DNA from: a virus
Strand: one strand, 5' to 3'
Virus record (IMG/VR): IMGVR_UViG_3300036820_000006
Location: 35,276-99,275 of that record
Length of the DNA: 64,000 nucleotides
The translations under genes were made by a program, and so were the position numbers. Shown one piece after another: positions 19,811 to 30,526 of this stretch. The first letter of the stretch is position 1; every line of letters begins with the position of its first letter. The notes beneath the pieces were generated by a model, which searched no databases, was not told where the DNA came from, and worked only from the letters and a program-made list of their open reading frames with translations.

Positions 19811-20039
19811 TGGGCCTTCTACTCTGTGCTGCTTCTGCTGCCGCATCAGTCTCTTGGGTGATAGCCTTAGTCTGCGCTCGCGGTACATGGCCGAGAGACT
19901 TCCTTTAGCTTGATCCCTGAGTCTGAGCCTTGAGTTACCCCTCGCGGGGTCACCCAAACTTGGGAAATGCTGGCGGGACAGATTTACGACCTTGCCTCTT
20001 ACCTCTCGGAACGGTCATGCGAGCGGCCAGCATCGAATT

Positions 20040-20115
20040 TGGTTGCGGGGGCTGGACTTGAACCAGCGACCTTGTGGTTATGAGCCACCTGTTCTACCAA
20101 CTGAACTACCCCGCC
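20040..20115 (-). tRNA. tRNA with CAU anticodon (Met type)
   Basis: Full 76-nt cloverleaf, loop CTCATAA, encoded CCA, 1:72 mismatch. Confidence 0.9.
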
Positions 20116-20168
20116 TTGGTGGACCGGTTTGGCTCCCGCCGCCCCAGCCCGAAAACTTTAGCGCTATC

Positions 20169-20938
20169 TTACTTCTCCTGCAGGGGCTTGAACAGCCAGC
20201 CATAAATCGCCGCGCCGACTGCCGTGCCCTTCGGGTCCTCAATCGTCTGCTCATTAGCCCGCGAGCGCGCTTTCTGCACAGCGCGAATCAGTTGTTCTGA
20301 GCGATCCATCAGCTCGGCCTTCTTAGCGGGCGTAATCAAGCTCGACCACTCCTGTTCCAGAATTGTGCCCACAGCTACATCTTTGGTGACCAGTGTAAAC
20401 TTGCGCTGGATGCTTATCAGTAGCAGGTGCTAACGTCAGCGGCTCCTGTACTTTCTGCGTGCGCGTCTTGGTGACCTCTCTGGCCTTGAACACATGCGCG
20501 CCTTTAGCGCTATCATGCGTGAAGCCCTTAGCCGGGTCCAGAGTAGGAATCGAGCGCACTAAGTCTTGCGCCTCCTTTTAGGCGCTTCTCCAGTTGCAGC
20601 AGGAACGTTGCAGGCGCGTCCTTTAGGACTACAGCATCATCTTCCAGTACCACGTCCGACTTGGCATGCGTGTTTGCCATGTCGATGTTGTAAGCCGCAT
20701 CCAGCGAGCGGTCTAAAATCTTGCTGATCCATTCCACCTCGTCGGTTACGGTAGATTGGATATCTGATTGCGCCTCGGTCTTGGGCAGCGCGCCTTCATC
20801 GTTCGGCGTGAACGTGACGCGCTTCTCCTCAAACAGGTGGCGCTTACCAGCGAACGTCGCCTGCAGATCAGTACGCGTCTTCTGCGCCTGACCGCTGAGG
20901 TTGTTATTGGTTGCGAGTAGCTCGTGAAGCTTTGCCAT
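20169..20938 (-). CDS. Conserved phage protein (MAKLHELLA family) split by two +1 homopolymer frameshifts
   Basis: Three consecutive ORFs join into one if a base is removed at 20576-20579 and at 20397-20399. Confidence 0.7.
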
Positions 20939-20970
20939 TAGACGATCTCCCTTAGATGTGGACGATGCTC

Positions 20971-21000
20971 AATGTAGCATGTGGTAGTGAACGGTGTCAA
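20971..21000 (-). promoter_or_regulatory. Sigma70-type promoter
   Basis: TTGACA-18 bp-TACATT with a TG extension. Confidence 0.55.
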
Positions 21001-21007
21001 GTAGCCG

Positions 21008-21364
21008 TTAGATCAGCATAAGAAATTCATCATCGCGGTTGTCGTTCAGCGTAACGGTGTCGTCATCCATCAAAGCTAGCGCTGCCAGCGCGCGGTCGAA
21101 TTTTTCCAAACAGGGCTTATTCGGCGTATCTGGATAACAAGGCATTTTCAGGCCGCGATAATCCAGTAGCTCCGTAATATCTTCGATTTTGCTAGCCGTC
21201 TTAGCTCGTGCGGTAAACTTCTCTGCAGTCTCTACTACGCGCTTCTGCCACTTCTCGAAACCTAGGAGTGACGCGGCTACCGCTTTGATGTGGTCCTTCT
21301 CAGCCTCAGCGCGCTTCTTCTGAATCGCCGCGATCAGCCTCACTTTATTCACTTTCACGTTCAT
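21008..21364 (-). CDS. Hypothetical protein
   Basis: GGGAG SD before MNVKVNKVRL. Confidence 0.6.
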   Translation of the reverse strand: MNVKVNKVRLIAAIQKKRAEAEKDHIKAVAASLLGFEKWQKRVVETAEKFTARAKTASKIEDITELLDYRGLKMPCYPDTPNKPCLEKFDRALAALALMDDDTVTLNDNRDDEFLMLI

Positions 21365-21484
21365 TGCAATCTCCCTATCCACTAATGAATTTTCTACGGA
21401 GTAGAACCAGAAGGGAAGCCTCACCCCGCGCAACACGCGTCCATTCATGTTGCCTGTGAGGCTTCCCCCAGTTGGCCCAGCCTA

Positions 21485-21515
<31 letters not shown>

Positions 21516-21726
21516 GATCATTATCGCTGCTTAGATTGTTCTGGCTGAGAAGGGGCACCCACTCAGCCAGATTTGGAGGGACGATACGCGGTTAGCCAAG
21601 CTGTGGGTAAGGGCGGCTCACAGCTTTTGCTCGTACTCGCGTTCGTCCCATGACGAGTAGAAGGTGTGTAGGGGGAGAGCACCGAGAACTTAGAAAATAA
21701 CTAAGCGCTCTCCTCCAAGTTTGGAA

Positions 21727-21801
21727 CCGTTACGCTACGAAACTATGCGGGACTGTAAGATATGGGACAATGCGCCACGTCGAGTTACGCGGCGGCACGA
21801 T
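21727..21801 (-). ncRNA. Pentamer array C: 15 x (NN-CGY)
   Basis: ccgtt acgct acgaa actat gcggg actgt aagat atggg acaat gcgcc acgtc gagtt acgcg gcggc acgat. Begins 2 bp after the upstream stop codon. Confidence 0.8.
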
Positions 21802-21803
21802 AG

Positions 21804-22559
21804 TTACTTCTTCGGAAAATATCCGACGACGACAGCCTGCGCCCGCATCGCAACGTCACCGAGCTTGCCCGGCACTGTGATTTCCGGCACGCGCTTACCG
21901 TCACGTTCTGGAAACCGGTGCATCCCTTTCACGCGCTTCGGCAAACGCTCGCCGCGCTCTTTGTAAAGTTCCACAGTGTCCTGATCGGGCTGACCTTCCC
22001 ATGAAGTTTCGATTTCGAGCGTGGGCTCGCTGGCCAGCGTCTTCTGGAACAATTCTTTCAACTGACCCGCACTCATATTGCTAGGCACCTTCACGCCGAG
22101 GCATTGCAGAATTCTGACCATCGCAATTCCGCCATTTCTCGCCGTCCGGCTATCGACGAAGCGATCAAAAACCGGAATATTATCGAACTTCCCACTGGGG
22201 TCCTGAATGCGGCACTCCAGCGCCGTGCTCACATACAGCTTCGGCTTACCATTCGCCAGAAAAACAGGCTTTCCCGGCGCGCCCTTGCTGTAGTCCATGT
22301 CCTGCTTCACGGCGAACAGCACTTCCTTGCCGTCAGCATCCTTGACGTTCAACTGTTTTAGCTTGGCAGTGTAACGGCCATCCGGCACGGGCGGCGGGAA
22401 CTCGTATGGGTTGGCGCTGGCATCGAACTCCAGCGATTCTTCCAGCAGCGAGGGATCGTTCAGGTCCACTGACACGATTTGTTGGTCATCGGCGGCGCTG
22501 TCAGTGGACACACTACCAGCGGTCTCGTCGGCGTAGATAGGTTGAGCGAAATCAGTCAT
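21804..22559 (-). CDS. Putative ssDNA-binding protein
   Basis: PVPDGRYTAKL beta-rich pattern, located downstream of the AAA_24-like ATPase as in Sak4-type modules. Confidence 0.45.
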   Translation of the reverse strand: MTDFAQPIYADETAGSVSTDSAADDQQIVSVDLNDPSLLEESLEFDASANPYEFPPPVPDGRYTAKLKQLNVKDADGKEVLFAVKQDMDYSKGAPGKPVFLANGKPKLYVSTALECRIQDPSGKFDNIPVFDRFVDSRTARNGGIAMVRILQCLGVKVPSNMSAGQLKELFQKTLASEPTLEIETSWEGQPDQDTVELYKERGERLPKRVKGMHRFPERDGKRVPEITVPGKLGDVAMRAQAVVVGYFPKK

Positions 22560-22625
22560 GCGAAAACTCCTTTTAGTGTCGAGATGCTTAGAGGATTTGA
22601 GTTACCAGATGGGTGGTTTTAGGTG

Positions 22626-22910
22626 CTAAACGTGTATCGTGGGGTGCTGCTGCGCGTTGTGCTGCGCGCTGTGCTGAGTCTGCTGCGCGCCCTGCCCATT
22701 GTTCCGGGCATCATCGTACAACTGGCGCAGCTCCCGCGACAGGTACTTCGCGAGCGAACGCTCGTCCGCTGCGGCCTTCTTCGAGAAGAACTCATGCACC
22801 TCGCTGGGTAGCGAGATGGTTACAGTGTTAGTGTCGGCAGCGACGGCAGCAGGCTTCTGCTGACCGGTCTGCGTTTTTGTTGCGTCTGCTACGTCTGCTA
22901 CGTCTGCCAT
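22626..22910 (-). CDS. Ribbon-helix-helix DNA-binding protein
   Basis: TVTISLPSEVHEFFSKKAAADERSLAKYL. Confidence 0.6.
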   Translation of the reverse strand: MADVADVADATKTQTGQQKPAAVAADTNTVTISLPSEVHEFFSKKAAADERSLAKYLSRELRQLYDDARNNGQGAQQTQHSAQHNAQQHPTIHV

Positions 22911-22930
22911 AATGCTCTCCCTTTTGCTGC

Positions 22931-23944
22931 TTACTTTGCTGCAGCCACGGCCTGCTGGCCTCGGCCGAACTTCTGGTCAATCGCTGCGCGCCACTTTGCT
23001 ACTTCATCACCTTGCTCTGCGTTTAGCGCGTCAATTGTTTGCAAATAAATGTCTAAGCCATGCTCAGTGGTTGGTTCGTAGTAACCGCCAGGAAATTTCT
23101 TCATCAGTTCTGCTACTTTCTCCGGCGCGACGCGAGGTTTAGCTGGGAACATAATCCCAGTAGAGGGATCGGGATGCTTGACGAAGTAAGTGCGCACCTT
23201 GGTATCCACCATGGTGGAGTCCACGAGCTTCTTTGCATCCTTGGGATCGGGAACCTGCACCACAGTTTCGACTGGGTAGCCTTCGCTGTGCAGGCAATCG
23301 CCTACCCAGCTGGGCACCAACGCGGTCGCTTTCTTGCCCGCGATCTGCGGGCCATAGATAGTAGAGCGGTCATCCTCTTCAGTGCGCGATTCGAGCGCAG
23401 TGAACAATACATACTCACAGGGCAGAGAGCTGAAGTTAGTTACGAGTGAGTAGAGAGTGTTCTGCACGAAGCCGTAGTGAGCTTTGGAGTTCCCAGCAAA
23501 AGTTTCGTTCACCACCTGCCCATCTACAATCACGCGCTGTGTAAACGGCGACGTAGCTTCCTCTCCGGTTTTGATCTGCTTGTCGGCAAGATGCCGCATC
23601 AATGCTTGGCTAATGCTGGTCAAGCCTTCCACAATCATGCCGCCCCACTGTGACCAGTCCACCCTGCGCAGGTTCACTTTAGTTGCTTCACTCGCGCTCA
23701 CATCCTCCGGCCAGTAGCCTTGACTCACGCGCCGCAGCACCGGCAGCGGAATCTCCATGTTGCCTCGATACGCTTGTACAACTCCCGCTCTGATCTCTGG
23801 GTCCAGCGGTGCCCACCCGCCGCCGTCCATTGAAAACAACAAAGTTCCTTTTCCGGTTTTCTGATAGATGTAGCGGGCGAAATGTTTGGCTGCAGTGGTT
23901 TTGAAAACCCCCGAAGCCCCGTAGTTTATGCCGGTGCGCGCCAT
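22931..23944 (-). CDS. AAA_24 / Sak4-like P-loop ATPase
   Basis: YGASGVFKTT Walker A, IVEGLT and YGPQIAGK. Confidence 0.75.
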   Translation of the reverse strand: MARTGINYGASGVFKTTAAKHFARYIYQKTGKGTLLFSMDGGGWAPLDPEIRAGVVQAYRGNMEIPLPVLRRVSQGYWPEDVSASEATKVNLRRVDWSQWGGMIVEGLTSISQALMRHLADKQIKTGEEATSPFTQRVIVDGQVVNETFAGNSKAHYGFVQNTLYSLVTNFSSLPCEYVLFTALESRTEEDDRSTIYGPQIAGKKATALVPSWVGDCLHSEGYPVETVVQVPDPKDAKKLVDSTMVDTKVRTYFVKHPDPSTGIMFPAKPRVAPEKVAELMKKFPGGYYEPTTEHGLDIYLQTIDALNAEQGDEVAKWRAAIDQKFGRGQQAVAAAK

Positions 23945-23946
23945 CT

Positions 23947-24207
23947 CTAAGCTGCCTTCCGCTTTTTTGTTCGTTGGGCTATCGCGCGGGATTTCTGACG
24001 CGCCTCAAACTCAGCTTTGTGCTCAGCAATGTAAGCTTCGGCAGCATGCTCTAACCAGTCACGCATTACCCAGCCTCGATGACGCGCTTCCTTCTCGCCA
24101 CGAAACGAAATGATGTCGCGTGTACTTTTTCTAAGCTTCACGTGCTCAGCGGTAAGTGGATCGTTCTGGGCCTGTTCGGGGTCAATATATCCGAAACTTT
24201 TGGGCAT
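23947..24207 (-). CDS. Small hypothetical protein, possibly DNA-binding
   Basis: AAGGAG SD and a basic, RHH-like pattern. Confidence 0.45.
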   Translation of the reverse strand: MPKSFGYIDPEQAQNDPLTAEHVKLRKSTRDIISFRGEKEARHRGWVMRDWLEHAAEAYIAEHKAEFEARQKSRAIAQRTKKRKAA

Positions 24208-24471
24208 GGTGTTAGTCTCCTTTGTTGCGAGGCGCGGGCGGCGTTTGACGGCGTTGGCCGCAGCTTATATTTGCCAGCCTATTGCGGTTATTGCCCCTTG
24301 GTGCGAGTGCGAGTGCGAGTTAGGGTGAGATTTTGCTTCAAATGCTGATCTACGCAAGCTACTACCTGCGCTACAGTGCGCAGCGATGCGACGCGTTCGA
24401 AGCTGGTTCGCGGTTGGTTCGTAGCTAGTGTGGAAGCTATCATGGCGGATGCTGTCTTGGATGTAAGAGAT

Positions 24472-24500
24472 GTTGTACCACTTTGCTGCACGGTCGTCAA
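24472..24500 (-). promoter_or_regulatory. Sigma70-type promoter
   Basis: TTGACG-17 bp-TACAAC with a TG extension. Confidence 0.6.
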
Positions 24501-24826
24501 CGATAAAATGGAGCAGCCGGGACGCGGGTTAGTTGGGGATTTCCACAATGCGCTCACCTTCACCCTTCTTGGCCTGCAGAATGCCACTTTGCGCTGGGCT
24601 TAGCGCTTGATTCATGGCATCCTTGGCCTCCGCGAAGCCATAAGCGCAACCGGAGGCGAAGGCACGCGCGATCTCGTAGCGCGCTATCGCAGGAGTCAGC
24701 TCGCGGCCATTGAGCTGCGCCTCGCGCACATCGCAGTAAGGCCGCATTCCGTTTTTGCCTTCTTCTAGCGCTTGCTGGTAATCGTCAGTGGCATAGCTAT
24801 CGATGTTTGTGAGCTGGTCTTTTTGG

Positions 24827-26644
24827 CTATCGGTCATGTGCAGCCTCCCCGGTTTCGACTGGATGGTTAGGAATTCTGATCTGGAACAGTTCCGAGCGTT
24901 CAGGATGCTCCCGCAAATCAGTTCCACTACCACTATAACACACGAGAAAATACGAACATCTACCTGGATAAGAGCAGGCCGAGCGGGTCTGCGCGAACCG
25001 TTTGTTCAATTCAGAGCGGAACTGCGCGGGGTTGTTTTGTACTGCTTGCACAGCAGCCACGTCCGCAGCGATCTGGACTTCAATCGCTTCCAGCTGTTCG
25101 AGCATATCGCGCATGTCATCCGAATTGCGCATGACAGCAATAGGCGGGATAAACTGCGCTGCCAACGGGTCGAGCGCATAACCGGCTGCGTCGTAAGCGT
25201 CGGGCTGGATATCACCTTTATCCAGCAAGTCGACCCACTCGGCGATGGGCATGTAGCGCCATACTGGAGCTTTCTTCCACGCCTGCCAGCTGAGACGATG
25301 CTCTTTGCCCGTGAGGTCGCAGGTGACATAGCTATGCGCCCACTTGCGGTCCTCAGCCGTGATGCCGTCCATTTTGTAAGCGCGCACTAGCGGCGAGGAG
25401 TTGACGTAGCGCCCTGGTTGAACGAGGTCGTTCTTATCTTGCTCGCGGCGGCCTTTGATGAGGTATTCATAGCGCACGCCGAGGATGCGGGGAGGTTCGG
25501 GGAGGCTGGTGAGGAACTCCTGTGTAGATTCCGTCACCAACTCTCGTACTTCGGCTAATGTATCTTTGCGTTCATCTTGGATGAGCCTCCAAGCTTCAGC
25601 CATGCGCCGCTCCACATCCACCGCTTCACTCAGCCCCTGCATATCCACCTCCGCGTCCATCGCGCGGCGGCGATCCCACTGGCCGGTAGTTTTATAGCTG
25701 AGCAGATATAGATCATTGGTAGCGCGCTCCAACAGCAGGCCGTCATGGCGAGAAGCGAACCATAGCTCGGCCGGTTCTCCTGTGAAGCTCTCAGGCAGCT
25801 CGGCTAACCGCCAACTCCCCTCGCGCTCTACCTCCAATACCTCGAACTGTTCGAGCAGCGGGCGCAGCCTCCGGCGCGCATACGCACGCACCATCGCTTC
25901 AACCAGCGCGGCTAGCTCCAGCTTCAGGTAGTCATCAATGCCGCTTTCATTCTGCTGCACCTTGATTTGGATTTCGTTCAGGCGCTCGTCATCTTCTGCC
26001 GCCACACGCTTAGATGACTCAGGATAGACAGGATAGATGGGTGCGCCGAAGTCCAGAGAAGCTGCAATAGGTATGGGCCAAGACATGCTAGTATCCCGAT
26101 GCCCCATCGGCGGCTCAGGCGGCAACCCCGCGTCCACCTCGTCGAACGAAACTATAATCGCCGACTCTTCTATCCTCGGCGCGGTCGGTCGAGCAGCGCT
26201 ATCGCCGCCAGTGCCCACATTACCAGCGATACCGCCCACACTATTGGCATCCAGCGCTCCCTGTTCCAACGTGTCCAACTCTACGCCGTGCTCGGTAGCG
26301 GCAGCAAGATCGGCGAGAGCTGCGGCGACGGCGGCGTCTTCTATTAGACGCGCATCAGTCAACTGATATGATCCGCATTCGACCTCAAACAACGTTGCTA
26401 GCTTCTGTTCTAACGACAGGGGGATTCCATCGGAGCCGAAATTTAGCGTGCTAATTCTGTTCTGTCCTTCGCGTAGCAATACTTCCAACCCTGTGTGAAC
26501 CGCGCCACCAATCACCAAATGGATCGACTTGCGCACCGGCACAATCCCGCGTTTGGATTCGCCTGCGTGATATTCCAAATACCTCGCGCGACGGCAACGC
26601 AGATAAGCCTGATAGCGCGAACGGTCCACATAAATGCGCTTCAA
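24827..26644 (-). CDS. PD-(D/E)XK (RecB/Cas4-like) exonuclease
   Basis: SRYQAYLRC.R..YLEY, GGAVH, EVE, RHDGLL...SYKT and a C-terminal C..Y..C.Y...C Cys cluster. Confidence 0.8.
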   Translation of the reverse strand: MKRIYVDRSRYQAYLRCRRARYLEYHAGESKRGIVPVRKSIHLVIGGAVHTGLEVLLREGQNRISTLNFGSDGIPLSLEQKLATLFEVECGSYQLTDARLIEDAAVAAALADLAAATEHGVELDTLEQGALDANSVGGIAGNVGTGGDSAARPTAPRIEESAIIVSFDEVDAGLPPEPPMGHRDTSMSWPIPIAASLDFGAPIYPVYPESSKRVAAEDDERLNEIQIKVQQNESGIDDYLKLELAALVEAMVRAYARRRLRPLLEQFEVLEVEREGSWRLAELPESFTGEPAELWFASRHDGLLLERATNDLYLLSYKTTGQWDRRRAMDAEVDMQGLSEAVDVERRMAEAWRLIQDERKDTLAEVRELVTESTQEFLTSLPEPPRILGVRYEYLIKGRREQDKNDLVQPGRYVNSSPLVRAYKMDGITAEDRKWAHSYVTCDLTGKEHRLSWQAWKKAPVWRYMPIAEWVDLLDKGDIQPDAYDAAGYALDPLAAQFIPPIAVMRNSDDMRDMLEQLEAIEVQIAADVAAVQAVQNNPAQFRSELNKRFAQTRSACSYPGRCSYFLVCYSGSGTDLREHPERSELFQIRIPNHPVETGEAAHDR

Positions 26645-27551
26645 TCGTCACCTCTTGGCGCATCATCATCATCTTCCGGTGTATCGCTCTCAGGCACCCG
26701 TTTCGTAAGCGTGTCCTCTTTGGTGAGATTGTCCAAGCCGCTGAAGATATCGCTTAGCTTCAGCCCGACAAGCACCGGGTCGGTTGCCTCAGCAGCGGGC
26801 TCAACGGCAGGCTCTACTGCGACGCGCGTTTCTGGGATTCGCTTACCCTCTAACCGATCCTGCATAACCGCTTCTGTGCGCGCATATTGCTCAGCAGTGT
26901 TCGCCATTACGCAGCGTGGGCAATATGAGTGGTAATATTCGTGATCTTTGCAATGCGCTGCTTGTGCTAAACCCGCGCCCAGCCCTGCCGCGCCCAGCCC
27001 TGCGTTATCCAAAAGGGAAGAAGCAAACCCAGCCCCCAGCGCATTCCCCGGCTCCTGTCCCGACAGCGTTTCCCCAGCTGGAGCAGAAGACTGAGGCTCT
27101 CTCACTCCCCCGCCTTTCCCGCCTAACTCCAGACCTGCACTGTCGCGACGCTCATGCGCACCCATGTTCGCTTCTCCCCCAGCGCTATACGCTAACAGAC
27201 CCTTCCTGTGCCAGTCAACACCTTTTTCCACAGCGCGATACCGTGTTAGTTTGAGCTTGACTTTCCACCACGGTACTTCAGGATGGCGTTCTCGTTTGCT
27301 GCCGCTACCGTTCGTTGCCAATGGGAAGGAGCACAGCATACACCTCACACCACCCTGCTGCATAGACCTCACTGGGAACCCTGTCGAGAACTCCGCTGGC
27401 CCCCCCCCCCCCTAGTTATGTTTTTAGCTCGCTCTAACCCCACATTTTATGACTGGAAAAATGTAGCTTTTCCCGCCCGCCCTGACTACACTTCACCTCA
27501 CCTTCGTGGCTCACGAAAAGGCCGTACCAGATACGCCAAGGACGCCTAAGA

Positions 27552-28700
27552 ATGTTTAACAACGATGATGACCTTGTGGACCCTCTGCTCGTAGCAGAGG
27601 ATGACGAACCTGGTACAGACCCCATCGCCCAACCTACCTCAGAAGATTTAGACGAAATTGGCGTAGACGTGCTGCCTCGGCCGGAGCGCGATCCGCTATG
27701 GCTGCGCGACGCTAGCTTCCAGATGCCTCCGAATCCGCCAGTGCCGGGCTTGTTTACCCGCTGCAGTATCAACTTGCTGATCGGCCCGACTTTCGTAGGC
27801 AAAACAGTGCTAGCGCTCACCCAACTGGATCACTACACCGCTACAGGTCAGTTTCTTGGCTACCAGTTGCCCCAGGGCGCATCGCCGGATGCTTGTGCAG
27901 CCATCGTGGCCACTCAGGGTCTCAGTTCGTTCCATGGGCTGCTGCGCAGTTTGCGGCTGCCCGCAATCACCAGCCCCGTCAAGTTCCCAATAGAAGAGTG
28001 GGAGATGCGCACCAGCGAGACCATGACGGAGGGGTTGGTGCGCCTATGGAAGAAGATGTCCCGGCTGGCTCAGCAACCGATTAGATTGCTCTATGTTGAG
28101 GGGTTCCAGAACCTGCTCGAAAACGGCAAGCTCAACGACCCGCGCTCAGTGCAGGAATTTTATACCAAGCTTCGTCAGTTCTGCGCAGAGTATCGCGTCA
28201 CCATTTTGGGCAGTGTGCCTCAGGGCAAGATGCGGAAGGGTGAGAGCTATGCACTAGTCGGTGAACGCGTTTACGGGTCGGTGGCGTGGGCTAACGAGGC
28301 TGATACGGTGATCGGCATGGAGCAGCTTATGGTGCATCTGCCGGTCGAGCTGCGGCCGAGCTTTCGCAAGATCACTATTCAGGTGCGTGGAGTCGGCACT
28401 GAGATTCGCTGGGTGGACTTCAACGACCGGGGCAGGCTGGAGGTGATCGACCGAGCTAAAGAGCTAGCGACTGAAAATCCAACGTTCGCAATGCTGGACC
28501 GGATTCTGGGGCAGGCGCTCCCCGGCTCGGAATGGTCGCGCGAGGAATTGTTCGAATGGGCAGAACGCACTGACGTGGACGTGTCCATGCGCTCCATGGA
28601 GCGCTGGATTGCCTCGCGCTGCGACACTTCATTGAGTCTGCTGGTGAAGGTTGGTACGGGGCCGCGCAATCGGCGTTATAAGAAACCCTTTACGAACTAG
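27552..28700 (+). CDS. AAA_25 / RepA-like helicase
   Basis: LLIGPTFVGKT Walker A, LLYVEG Walker B and GSVAW...AD. Lies next to the iteron cluster. Confidence 0.7.
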   Translation: MFNNDDDLVDPLLVAEDDEPGTDPIAQPTSEDLDEIGVDVLPRPERDPLWLRDASFQMPPNPPVPGLFTRCSINLLIGPTFVGKTVLALTQLDHYTATGQFLGYQLPQGASPDACAAIVATQGLSSFHGLLRSLRLPAITSPVKFPIEEWEMRTSETMTEGLVRLWKKMSRLAQQPIRLLYVEGFQNLLENGKLNDPRSVQEFYTKLRQFCAEYRVTILGSVPQGKMRKGESYALVGERVYGSVAWANEADTVIGMEQLMVHLPVELRPSFRKITIQVRGVGTEIRWVDFNDRGRLEVIDRAKELATENPTFAMLDRILGQALPGSEWSREELFEWAERTDVDVSMRSMERWIASRCDTSLSLLVKVGTGPRNRRYKKPFTN

Positions 28701-28731
28701 CTCGGAAAGGCTTAGGGTGTCACTTGAAGTT

Positions 28732-28983
28732 TCAATCGATGCACTCCACACGCCAGCAACGAAGAACTGGAGTATCGCGCTCGGTCACGCGCGCGATCTT
28801 GAACTTCGCCCCATGGCGCTTGCCCCAAGACGAGGCAGCAACACGCAGGCTGGGCTCCTCGTCGCGGCGCGCCCAGAATGAGTCACCGATGTTCATATCA
28901 TCGAATGGGTATTTGCGCAGAGTTTCGCCAAACGCGCCTCGCACATGCTCGGGAATAGGAACGTCAAGTTCGATCTTGTACAT
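28732..28983 (-). CDS. Small conserved phage protein
   Basis: KIELDVPIP...KYPFDDMNIGDSF...RCWRV family pattern. Confidence 0.65.
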   Translation of the reverse strand: MYKIELDVPIPEHVRGAFGETLRKYPFDDMNIGDSFWARRDEEPSLRVAASSWGKRHGAKFKIARVTERDTPVLRCWRVECID

Positions 28984-29074
28984 GATAGATATAGCATATA
29001 CTAAATATATGCCATATATGTCAACCTTTCGCCGGTTCTTCGCCTCAGTCCTTACCTAGAAAGTAAAAGGATAG

Positions 29075-29282
29075 GTGGCGGTGGCGGCGGTAAAGGAAAC
29101 TCTCTCATTCTAAAGCACTTTTTACCGCCAGCTTACCGCCATCGTAATACGATATGGCGGTAAAGGATTTTAGCGTTCCCTCTCTCACCCAATTTTGGCG
29201 GTAAGGCGGTAAATTGGCGGTAAGCTGGCGGTAAAAACTAGCCTGTAATCAGCAAGTTAGCTATTATCCGCCATTTCCGCCA
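29075..29282. repeat. GGCGGTAA iteron cluster, putative replication origin
   Basis: Multiple direct and inverted (T)GGCGGTAA copies. Perfect 23-bp inverted repeat at 29119-29141 / 29215-29237. AT-rich flanks. Confidence 0.7.
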
Positions 29283-29388
29283 GTAGCCAGAGGCGATGAA
29301 AAAAGCAAAACTAACAACTATGTTTATTTTCTACGAGTTAGACCGAATGTATCGTGAGGCGTAGTTACTTTCTAGGTTACTTTAGTAT

Positions 29389-29910
29389 CTAGTTCCGCGC
29401 GAACCATTTGAGGTTGTCTTCCACGATCTGCTGGCGTGATCTTCGGTTGCGAGCCTGTTCTTTATGCGTTGCCCATTTGCAGTTGCTTAGCTCATAACCC
29501 CCGTTCACATCTACACGCTCAATTGTGAGACTTCGATCAGGCTTCTGGCCCATATCTGATAAAAAGTTCTCAAACGTGAGCCATCGTTCACATATCGTTA
29601 TGCCGCGACCGCCATAGCTGCGATATTTTGGATGGTTTACGTTTAGGCACCTTTGCTTCATAGCAGCCCAACTCAAATAGGTCGGGTCTTCCATACCGTC
29701 TCTACGAAGCCCATGGTGAGTTCTAGCCGCGACCTGTTTAGCAAAATTCTTGTGCCGGTTGGCGCGTAGAGTGTGCCCTCGCAGATATTTCTGAGGTTCA
29801 CCTTTGATCGCGCCTCGACTTGCGTTAGTGCGTGGGCATAGCTTGGTTTTTTGCCCGCAATTACAGTAGCAGTAGCCATAAGGTACGCTTGATTCTGCTA
29901 AGGTTGCCAT
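29389..29910 (-). CDS. HNH-type homing endonuclease
   Basis: CYCNCG, SW..MKQRC...YGGRGITICERW and TIERVDVNGGYELSNCKWAT. Confidence 0.85.
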   Translation of the reverse strand: MATLAESSVPYGYCYCNCGQKTKLCPRTNASRGAIKGEPQKYLRGHTLRANRHKNFAKQVAARTHHGLRRDGMEDPTYLSWAAMKQRCLNVNHPKYRSYGGRGITICERWLTFENFLSDMGQKPDRSLTIERVDVNGGYELSNCKWATHKEQARNRRSRQQIVEDNLKWFARN

Positions 29911-30526
29911 TTGTCGAGCTTACCCCTCCGGCTTTGGCTTTGACTTCAAATGATCCGCTGCAAATTTCTGCCCCAACGCGAACGCTTCCTCCAGCGTGGG
30001 ATCGCTGTCGCCGAAAATCGAATGCGTCGTATGGAACAACGCGCATAGCCGATGACGCTCTGGCTGGCTCAGATAACCGGACATATAGCCGATGTTGTGA
30101 AGCGTAATGTCGCGCGCTTTGGTCTCAGTCAAATTTTGAGTTTGCGTAAGACGACGCACTTCGAGATTGACGAGCACCTCAGCTTCTTCTGAGGTCTGGC
30201 AGCGTGTTGCCGCGTCAAGCAGGTCTCCGTATGTCGATGGCCATCTCTCAATCCTCCTCATCTTCTGCAAACATCCGGTCGAAGCAGCGCTCGCACAGGC
30301 CAGATATGCCAAATTCGCGTCTGCCTGCCTCAGAGTAGCAATTGGCTAAACCTGGCCGATGGCAGCTAATGCATAAACCGGTATCGGCGGCGCGCTGCGG
30401 CGTCTGGCCGAGACCGAACTCGGCTTGTGAGATATCTTCCGCCAGCTTGCGCAGCGCGGGGGCTTGATCGTGGATTGGCATTTTGGCTCTCTCCTTCATT
30501 TATCCCTTTATACTGTGTTATGCTAC

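Noticed and set aside
19369-20579. Programmed frameshifting in the HNH and MAKLHELLA genes (also near 31825)
   Set aside because: All are single-base indels in short homopolymers with no canonical slippery heptamer. Sequencing error is more likely.
24827-26644. Cas4 as a CRISPR adaptation component
   Set aside because: Its context (AAA_24 ATPase, SSB-like gene) indicates an ordinary phage recombination exonuclease.
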